A stretch of 24,194 nt of DNA from a virus (taxonomy: Duplodnaviria > Caudoviricetes): IMG/VR virus record IMGVR_UViG_3300048672_000736, positions 1-24,194 of that record, one strand, 5' to 3'. Below are positions 18,113-24,194 of the stretch, piece after piece (position 1 is the stretch's first letter; each line of letters begins with the position of its first letter). Position numbers and translations under genes: made by a program. The notes under the pieces are model-generated. The model was not told where the DNA came from. It was given only the letters and a program-made list of their open reading frames with translations, and made no database searches.

Positions 18113-18120
18113 CAAATCTA
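18113..18120 (-). promoter_or_regulatory. Bacteroidota-type -7 element TAGATTTG
   Basis: TAnnTTTG match 29 nt upstream of the ATG at 18083; the -33 region is only a T run. Confidence 0.55.
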
Positions 18121-18138
18121 ATAATAAATGTTAATAAA

Positions 18139-18174
18139 AAAAAAATATCCCCGAAAAATCAGGGATATTTTTTT
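18139..18174 (-). terminator. hairpin repeat copy 6 (diverged), terminator
   Basis: AAAAAAATATCCCCGAAAAATCAGGGATATTTTTTT overlapping the stop of the 37-aa ORF. Confidence 0.75.
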
Positions 18175-18286
18175 ACGCTTTTGGTTTTGGCTGTACAACT
18201 GGATTGTCATTAGGCCTTTTAAATGGTGATGGTTTTACCGTTGGTTTAGTTTTAACTCTGTCTGGGGCAATTGTAGGTTTGCTCAT
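18173..18286 (-). CDS. 37-aa Pro/Lys-rich peptide (not in ORF track)
   Basis: MSKPTIAPDRVKTKPTVKPSPFKRPNDNPVVQPKPKA*; starts 2 nt after the upstream stop and exactly fills the gap to the terminator. Confidence 0.7.
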   Translation of the reverse strand: MSKPTIAPDRVKTKPTVKPSPFKRPNDNPVVQPKPKA

Positions 18287-18288
18287 CT

Positions 18289-18612
18289 TTATTTTTGTTT
18301 AATTGTTAACAATTTTCCTTTTGTTATTGTAGGTACATGTTTAAAAAATGTACGTTCTACAAATTCAACTAAATCATCCTTTTGAATTTCTTCTTCATCA
18401 GCTTCAACAATTTTAACATCATTTGTTTTACTCAATTCTTTTACCTTTTGAGTAACATTTGGATTTTGTAATGTTTTTTGCGAAACTGTTAATGTTTCAT
18501 TAAGATAATGTTTTGTGAACAAATTTAATTGTTTATCATCTAATTTACAAATAAAATCTGAACTAAATCCTTCATTTAATAATTTTTCTACATTTTTTAC
18601 TCTATCAATCAT
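18289..18612 (-). CDS. hypothetical protein, possible internal head protein
   Basis: Coupled ORF with LLNE, YLNE, IVE motifs. Confidence 0.7.
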   Translation of the reverse strand: MIDRVKNVEKLLNEGFSSDFICKLDDKQLNLFTKHYLNETLTVSQKTLQNPNVTQKVKELSKTNDVKIVEADEEEIQKDDLVEFVERTFFKHVPTITKGKLLTIKQK

Positions 18613-19001
18613 ATTTCTATATCTTCATAAATCAATTCAATACCTTTATTTTCAAGTTTTTCATTAATACTTTCTATTGTTTCACCATAATGAAAACTTA
18701 ATCTAAATCCTTCATCAGCCTTATCAATATCATATTTTTCCCAACCCAAAGCAACAATACCCTCAATTGCATCGATAATACCCATATCATTTGATTTTTG
18801 AATTAATTCCATTACAATATCAGTGTTTTTTAATACACCGATTTTTGAAAGATATTTAATGTCTGGTGGTGTTGGTTTTCCCATACTAGGATAATCCAAC
18901 CAATCATCTTGTGTTATATCTTTGGTGGTTGAGAAAAGAAATTCGTATTGATATTGTCCTTTAAAATCAACCCCAATTTCATTTATATAAATTAAAAACA
19001 T
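18609..19001 (-). CDS. hypothetical protein (130 aa)
   Basis: Coupled ORF with globular composition (LIYINEIG, YEFLFS, DAIEGIVALGWE). Confidence 0.75.
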   Translation of the reverse strand: MFLIYINEIGVDFKGQYQYEFLFSTTKDITQDDWLDYPSMGKPTPPDIKYLSKIGVLKNTDIVMELIQKSNDMGIIDAIEGIVALGWEKYDIDKADEGFRLSFHYGETIESINEKLENKGIELIYEDIEI

Positions 19002-19003
19002 AT

Positions 19004-19831
19004 TTAATTAATTAAATCTGATAATGAAAATGTAGATTCATTTAAACCAACATCTTTTCTTTTAACCATACTACTAAGTTTATTCCAAACTTCACCCAAT
19101 TCCTTATCAATTTCACTATCAGTATTAGTTGATGAACCACTATCAGTTGGTTCTGATTTTGCTGATTTCTCAAAACGTCTTAAAACATCATCTTTATCAT
19201 CATCATTCAAATTAGATAAGTTAATTGCTGATAAAATTGAATTTAAAACATATTTAATATCATCACTTTCCAATGATTTCTTTGATTTTCTTAATGCTTC
19301 AGATAATTTACCAGTCATTCTATGAATGTCTTTCAACGGGTCGCCATCCCCAGATTTTTCATCATTTTTTGGTTCAGAAATTGGTTCATCCATTGCTGGT
19401 GCTTGATTTTCGTCACCACTTGTTTCGATTGCATCACTTGGGATTTCTGATGAATCAACAGATGGTTCAGAAACATCATTTCCCGGGGTTTTTAAAAAAT
19501 ATTTCTTTTGCTCTGATAAAGTTTGTCCAACCAAAAAATCTAATCTTTTTACACCTTCAGCATAAGAATCATATCTATTTTTATTTTTCATAAATAAACC
19601 ACCAATATATTCTAATGATGATTCATTTAAACCCTTTTTAACGTAATAACCATCATTTTCTTTCACCAAACCATAAACTTCATTGTTTACATTCCTAGTT
19701 TCAAGAACATCAAAGTTTTCATTAATTTTTGATGAAGGTTGATTTAAACCTTTGTATGTTAATTCAAGTATTCTTTCTAATTTTTTTGGTCCATCTAATT
19801 TTTCTGAACCAACTCTTTTAATTTCACCCAT
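19004..19831 (-). CDS. hypothetical protein, possible internal head protein
   Basis: Small domains separated by acidic linkers, with KINE, GLNE (x2), TLSE motifs; late-type motif upstream. Confidence 0.75.
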   Translation of the reverse strand: MGEIKRVGSEKLDGPKKLERILELTYKGLNQPSSKINENFDVLETRNVNNEVYGLVKENDGYYVKKGLNESSLEYIGGLFMKNKNRYDSYAEGVKRLDFLVGQTLSEQKKYFLKTPGNDVSEPSVDSSEIPSDAIETSGDENQAPAMDEPISEPKNDEKSGDGDPLKDIHRMTGKLSEALRKSKKSLESDDIKYVLNSILSAINLSNLNDDDKDDVLRRFEKSAKSEPTDSGSSTNTDSEIDKELGEVWNKLSSMVKRKDVGLNESTFSLSDLIN

Positions 19832-19864
19832 TTCGATATTTTAAATAAAATAGTTTTATTAATA

Positions 19865-19881
19865 ATAAATATTATAAATAT
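19865..19881 (-). promoter_or_regulatory. tandem candidate late promoters ATATTTAT
   Basis: Two copies (19865-19872, 19874-19881) in the intergenic gap upstream of 19831. Confidence 0.5.
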
Positions 19882-19899
19882 TAGAAAAAAGTAAAATCA

Positions 19900-20580
19900 T
19901 TATTTCAATGTTAATTTTTTATCAATAATTCTATTTTTCTCTTTCATTAAATGCTCTATCGTACCATCTCTTCTTAAAAATTTAAAAACCAAATTCTCAA
20001 TAGATAATTCACCTTTCTTATCTAAACCACTTTTTCTATATTTTTTTATCTTTTCAAAAACCCTTGTTAAACCATCTTCATCATTATTTTTTACACATTT
20101 TTCAATATCCGATTTAAACATTTTAACTTTCCTCATAATCATCTTTCCATCCACCTCAAATTCCTCTTTATTTGCCGTTTTAAGCCATTTATTTTTTAAA
20201 ATGGAATAAGTACCCAAACTCACATGAACCTCGTTTAAATCTTGAATATAAGGCTCTAAATCAAATCCTTTAATTTGAATCGAATGTGAATTTTTAAATA
20301 TATTTCTTTTTGAATCAATTAACTCTTTCATCTCATCATTTTCAATGTCACAAATAATATGTAAATCAAAATCAGAATAAGATGACCAATTGTAATTGGT
20401 TAATGAACCAGTCAATTGAATATCATAAATGAATAATCTAGGTATGTCAATATATTCAAAAAAGAAATTACTTATTTCTAAAGCAGTTTCTCTTACATCA
20501 TTAAACAATATTTTTTTATCATTATATATTTTATCACATAATTCATCTTGTAATTCAAATGATTTTAATATTTTATTCAT
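19900..20580 (-). CDS. Pol-beta superfamily nucleotidyltransferase
   Basis: LTGSLTNYNWSSYSDFDLHI (hGS...DxD) plus a candidate third carboxylate in DLEPY; helical C-terminal domain. Confidence 0.85.
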   Translation of the reverse strand: MNKILKSFELQDELCDKIYNDKKILFNDVRETALEISNFFFEYIDIPRLFIYDIQLTGSLTNYNWSSYSDFDLHIICDIENDEMKELIDSKRNIFKNSHSIQIKGFDLEPYIQDLNEVHVSLGTYSILKNKWLKTANKEEFEVDGKMIMRKVKMFKSDIEKCVKNNDEDGLTRVFEKIKKYRKSGLDKKGELSIENLVFKFLRRDGTIEHLMKEKNRIIDKKLTLK

Positions 20581-20819
20581 ATTTTTTGGAACTTAAATTT
20601 ATTTCTTATAAATTGTGAAAAGAATTTACCCTGACTTTCAGCTAAACGTAATTTAGTGAATAATTCCCATGATATTTCTTGATAACGATAAGTATTATCA
20701 TTTGTGAAAATTATATCTAAATCTTTTGTTGTAGTATTGTAAAACATTTCTTTTATATTTGTTGAATTAACTGATACTTTTATTGTATCTTTGTCAATAA
20801 TCTCGGAAATAACAGCCAT
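20577..20819 (-). CDS. KTSC domain protein
   Basis: VNSTNIKEMFYN..TKDLDIIF....YRY..I....F..L..AESQGKFFSQFIR fits the KTSC consensus. Confidence 0.88.
   Translation of the reverse strand: MAVISEIIDKDTIKVSVNSTNIKEMFYNTTTKDLDIIFTNDNTYRYQEISWELFTKLRLAESQGKFFSQFIRNKFKFQKI
20786..20793 (+). promoter_or_regulatory. Bacteroidota-type -7 element inside the KTSC gene, candidate promoter for the Clp ATPase
   Basis: TATCTTTG with GTTG 21 nt upstream; 47 nt before the ATG at 20841. Confidence 0.5.
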
Positions 20820-20840
20820 AATTAATTTTTATTAATAAAT

Positions 20841-22829
20841 ATGAATTTACAAGAAGAAAAAGAAAATATTGAAGTTGAATCAAAGATTCTTCAACATTTT
20901 GGGAAGAACCTAAGTGAAATGGTTCGTACAGGAAAAATTGACCCAGTTATTGGTCGTGACACTGAAGTTCAAAGAATGTTAGAGATTCTTTGTAGAAAAA
21001 AGAAAAATAATGTTCTTCTTTTAGGCGACCCCGGTGTTGGTAAAACATCACTAGCTGAAAAATTGGCATTTGAATTAATCAATTCAAATACATTACCATT
21101 AGGTTTCGAACACAAAGAAGTTTGGACTATTGATATTGTTTCTTTAGTCGCTGGTACAAAATACCGTGGACAATTTGAAGAAAGAATGAAAGTTCTTATT
21201 CAAGAATTGGAGTCATTGAATAATGTCATTTTATTCATTGATGAGATTCACACAATGATTGGCGCTGGTAATTCATCTGAAGGTTTAGATGTTGGTAATA
21301 TTATTAAACCAGCATTATCAAGAGGTTCGCTTCAATTAATTGGTGCAACCACATTGGATGAATATAAAAAGACCATCGAAAAAGATGGTGCATTAGCTAG
21401 ACGTTTTCAAAAGATTATGGTTGATGAACCATCATTGGAAGATACACGTAACATTTTGAAAAACCTAAGATATGTTTATGAAAATAAACATAAAGTTAAA
21501 TATTCTGATGAAATTATTGATTTAATTGCTGATTTATCTGCAACATATCTAGTAAATAGAATGAATCCAGATAAATCAATTGATGTGTTGGATGAAGTTG
21601 GTGCATATATCAATTCATCAAGAAGAAAATTTATTAAACATGTTGATGGTATCGACAAACTTGAAAGTTTAAAAGTTGACTTAGAAAGTCAAAAAGCTCT
21701 AATTAATAAGTTTGTTAAAGAACAAAAATATGAAGAAGGTGCTAGTGCCAAACTTAAAAAGAATAAAATTGTTGAGGAAATTGAATTAATTGAAAAAAAT
21801 ATTCAAGAACAATACAATGTGATTATTGATGTTACAGAAACCAATATTTATGAAACAATTTCAAAAATTTCTGGTGTTCCAGTAACAAAGATTGATGATA
21901 CTGAAAGAAAACGTCTTTTGTCATTTGAAGAAACTTTAAAATCTAAAGTTATTGGGCAAGATACTGCAATTAATATTCTCGGTAAAACATTAAGACGAAA
22001 TAGAATTCAAATTACGGCTAAGAAAAAACCATTCTCAGCGATTCTATGTGGTTCAACTGGTATTGGTAAAACTTATTTAACAAAAGAATTATCCAAATTT
22101 ATTTTTGGTTCAGAAAAAATAATTCGTGTTGATATGAGTGAGTATATGGAAAAACATTCAGTATCAAAACTAATTGGTTCACCCCCGGGATATATTGGTT
22201 ATGAAGAAGGTGGTCAATTAACTGAAGATATTAAAAATAATCCATATTCAATTATTCTTTTTGATGAAATTGAGAAAGCACATAAAGATGTTTTAAATAT
22301 TCTTTTACAAATATTAGATGAAGGTTTTATTACAGATGCTTTGGGTAAAAAGATTAATTTACAACATTGCATTGTAATTATGACATCAAATATTGGTGCA
22401 TCAAGAGTGATGGATTTAGTTAATGGTGGTGTTGGATTCAATAAAAATAAAATAACCGATTCGGAAAAGAAAGATGTTGTTTTAAGTGAATTGAAAAAAC
22501 ATTTTAAACCAGAAGTTCTTAATCGAATTGATGAAGTGATTTATTTTAATTCATTAACCGATGATGATTTAAAACAAATCATTAAACTGGAATTGGATTT
22601 ATTGAAGAAAAGCATTAAATTTGCGCAAGATATTGATATTGAATTCGATGATACCGTTGTTGATGAAATTTTCAATAACAATACTGAAAAAGAATATGGT
22701 GCAAGACCAATTAAAAGGTTGATTAAGAAAATTGTGGAGGACAATATTGCTGATTTATTCTTTAATCAAGAAATATTGGCAACAAAATCTTATAAATTAA
22801 GTTATCAAGATAAATTAATTATCATTTAA
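20841..22829 (+). CDS. ClpA/ClpC-family AAA+ unfoldase lacking the N-terminal Clp-repeat domain
   Basis: DPVIGR, GDPGVGKT, AGTKYRGQFEER, FIDEIH; short UVR-like middle coiled coil; GSTGIGKT, GSPPGYIGY, FDEIEKAH, VGF loop, YGARP. Confidence 0.92.
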   Translation: MNLQEEKENIEVESKILQHFGKNLSEMVRTGKIDPVIGRDTEVQRMLEILCRKKKNNVLLLGDPGVGKTSLAEKLAFELINSNTLPLGFEHKEVWTIDIVSLVAGTKYRGQFEERMKVLIQELESLNNVILFIDEIHTMIGAGNSSEGLDVGNIIKPALSRGSLQLIGATTLDEYKKTIEKDGALARRFQKIMVDEPSLEDTRNILKNLRYVYENKHKVKYSDEIIDLIADLSATYLVNRMNPDKSIDVLDEVGAYINSSRRKFIKHVDGIDKLESLKVDLESQKALINKFVKEQKYEEGASAKLKKNKIVEEIELIEKNIQEQYNVIIDVTETNIYETISKISGVPVTKIDDTERKRLLSFEETLKSKVIGQDTAINILGKTLRRNRIQITAKKKPFSAILCGSTGIGKTYLTKELSKFIFGSEKIIRVDMSEYMEKHSVSKLIGSPPGYIGYEEGGQLTEDIKNNPYSIILFDEIEKAHKDVLNILLQILDEGFITDALGKKINLQHCIVIMTSNIGASRVMDLVNGGVGFNKNKITDSEKKDVVLSELKKHFKPEVLNRIDEVIYFNSLTDDDLKQIIKLELDLLKKSIKFAQDIDIEFDDTVVDEIFNNNTEKEYGARPIKRLIKKIVEDNIADLFFNQEILATKSYKLSYQDKLIII

Positions 22830-22833
22830 TCTC

Positions 22834-22862
22834 AAATCCCCCGAAATTTTCGGGGGATTTTT
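22834..22862 (+). terminator. hairpin repeat copy 7, intrinsic terminator
   Basis: AAATCCCCCGAAATTTTCGGGGGATTTTT 4 nt after the Clp stop. Confidence 0.85.
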
Positions 22863-22863
22863 A

Positions 22864-23418
22864 ATGTTTATTATTATGTTTTCATTCTTCCAAAAAACAA
22901 ATCTTGTTAATCAAGCAACAACCTATAATTTACATTATTATATCCATGCAATAAATAATAATATTGAACTACCAAATAACAGCAATTTTTTAGATAACAA
23001 GAAGATAAAAATAATCATTAAATTATTGAAAAAAGAATGTTATTCAAGAATGTTTACTTCAAAAACAACAATTTATATTGATTATAAAGTTTTAAATGAA
23101 AATCCTGATTTTTTTAATTGCATAGAAACTTATTGTGTTATTATACATTGTGAAAATATTAAAGAGATATGTTTTGAAAATATTAAAACTAATATATTAT
23201 TGATTGATAATTACTCATGTTATAGAATAAACCCAATTGAGTGTGAAAAAATTAAATTCAAAAAAAATGTTAACATAAAAGAGTTGGAATTACGACGTTT
23301 TCATTTTTTAAAGGAAATTCATTCAGATAAATTAATTAAATGTAATGGTAAAATAACTAACTCAAAATTTAATAAATTAAAATTAAAAACAAATAATGTG
23401 AAAATAAAATGGACTTAA
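22864..23418 (+). CDS. hypothetical protein (start uncertain)
   Basis: 184-aa ORF, I/K/N/C-rich, weak LRR-like periodicity; overlaps the ligase start. Confidence 0.6.
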   Translation: MFIIMFSFFQKTNLVNQATTYNLHYYIHAINNNIELPNNSNFLDNKKIKIIIKLLKKECYSRMFTSKTTIYIDYKVLNENPDFFNCIETYCVIIHCENIKEICFENIKTNILLIDNYSCYRINPIECEKIKFKKNVNIKELELRRFHFLKEIHSDKLIKCNGKITNSKFNKLKLKTNNVKIKWT

Positions 23419-24194
23419 ATAAAATTGAAAAATATGTTGATGATGGTTATGTTCAAAAACAATCACATCCGACATTAGATTTAACAATATATACTTATTC
23501 GAGAAAAACTCAATTTGATTATCATTGGGATGATGTAACAACAAACACAAGAGGTGTTATATTTAATTCCAAAGGTGATTTAATTGCACGCCCATATCCA
23601 AAATTTTTTAATTTATCTGAATTAAAAAATAAAAATATAATCCCAGATTTACCATATACAATAATTGAAAAAATGGATGGTTCTTTGGGTATTATATTTT
23701 TTTATAATAATGAATGGATTCTTGCAACAAAAGGGTCTTTCGAATCCGAACAAGCAATAAAAGGTAATCAATTATTGAAACAAAAAGATTTATCCAAATT
23801 AAATAAAGATTATACTTATTTGGTTGAAATAATATCAGAAGAATCTTTCATTTGCGTTAAATACGATTATGAAGATTTGGTTTTACATGGTATTATTGAA
23901 ACAAAAACTGGTGAAGAATATGATGTTTTAACATCAGACCTTGAAGATGTTTTTAAATATCCAAGATTTTTTGATTATAATCTACCAATAAATGAATTAT
24001 TTGATACAATTGAAACAAATATGGAAGGTTATGTTATCAAATATCAAAATAATTTTAGATTGAAAATAAAAAGTGATGAATATATTTTAATTCATAGAAT
24101 TAAAAATAATATTACACCAAAAAGAATTATTAATGCTTATATTGAAGAAAGTGATTTTGAATCCATAATTTTAGATTTGGAAGAAGAATATTAT
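23409..24194 (+). CDS. T4 Rnl1-family RNA ligase, 3'-truncated by the window (not in ORF track)
   Basis: Hand translation: MDLNKIEKYV...RGVIF...ARPYPKFFN...EKMDGSLG (motif I)...ATKGSF...YLVEII...EGYVI (motif IV)...LKIKSDEY (motif V). Confidence 0.92.
   Translation, partial: MDLNKIEKYVDDGYVQKQSHPTLDLTIYTYSRKTQFDYHWDDVTTNTRGVIFNSKGDLIARPYPKFFNLSELKNKNIIPDLPYTIIEKMDGSLGIIFFYNNEWILATKGSFESEQAIKGNQLLKQKDLSKLNKDYTYLVEIISEESFICVKYDYEDLVLHGIIETKTGEEYDVLTSDLEDVFKYPRFFDYNLPINELFDTIETNMEGYVIKYQNNFRLKIKSDEYILIHRIKNNITPKRIINAYIEESDFESIILDLEEEYY

Noticed and set aside
21476-22744. - strand ORFs inside the Clp ATPase
   Set aside because: Antisense shadows of a highly conserved gene.
3615-22862. Palindromic repeats as a CRISPR array
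   Set aside because: Copies are hundreds to thousands of bases apart, separated by whole genes, with no regular spacers or cas genes.
1-24194. Stop-codon recoding as in some large Bacteroidota phages
   Set aside because: Core genes are uninterrupted in code 11, and TAG/TGA act as ordinary stops (4017, 5135, 10852, 5971, 11544).
1-24194. tRNA or other structured ncRNA genes
   Set aside because: Intergenic gaps are short and AT-rich, and I saw no cloverleaf or T-loop pattern; tRNAscan-SE or Infernal would be needed to exclude them formally.

Overview
This is an AT-rich segment of a large T4-like (Caudoviricetes) phage genome read in the standard code. The host is probably a Bacteroidota member, judging by TTTG-N20-TAnnTTTG promoters and A-rich starts without Shine-Dalgarno sites. 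The + strand begins with likely tail/baseplate genes, including a gp5/gpV-like spike and a DNRLRE-like virion protein. These are followed by an accessory block of small ORFs that includes an intact Tpt1/KptA RNA 2'-phosphotransferase. The - strand carries the head and packaging module: large terminase with two inteins, portal, a putative core protein, prohead protease, scaffold and major capsid protein. Upstream of it lie probable internal head proteins and a KTSC plus nucleotidyltransferase pair. The + strand then resumes with a ClpC-like ATPase lacking its N-domain and a T4 Rnl1-type RNA ligase cut by the window end. Notable non-genic signals: seven copies of a CCCCCGAAATTTTCGGGGG hairpin at module boundaries, a candidate ATATTTAT late promoter, and apparent avoidance of CCWGG and GATC. 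All motif counts were made by eye.
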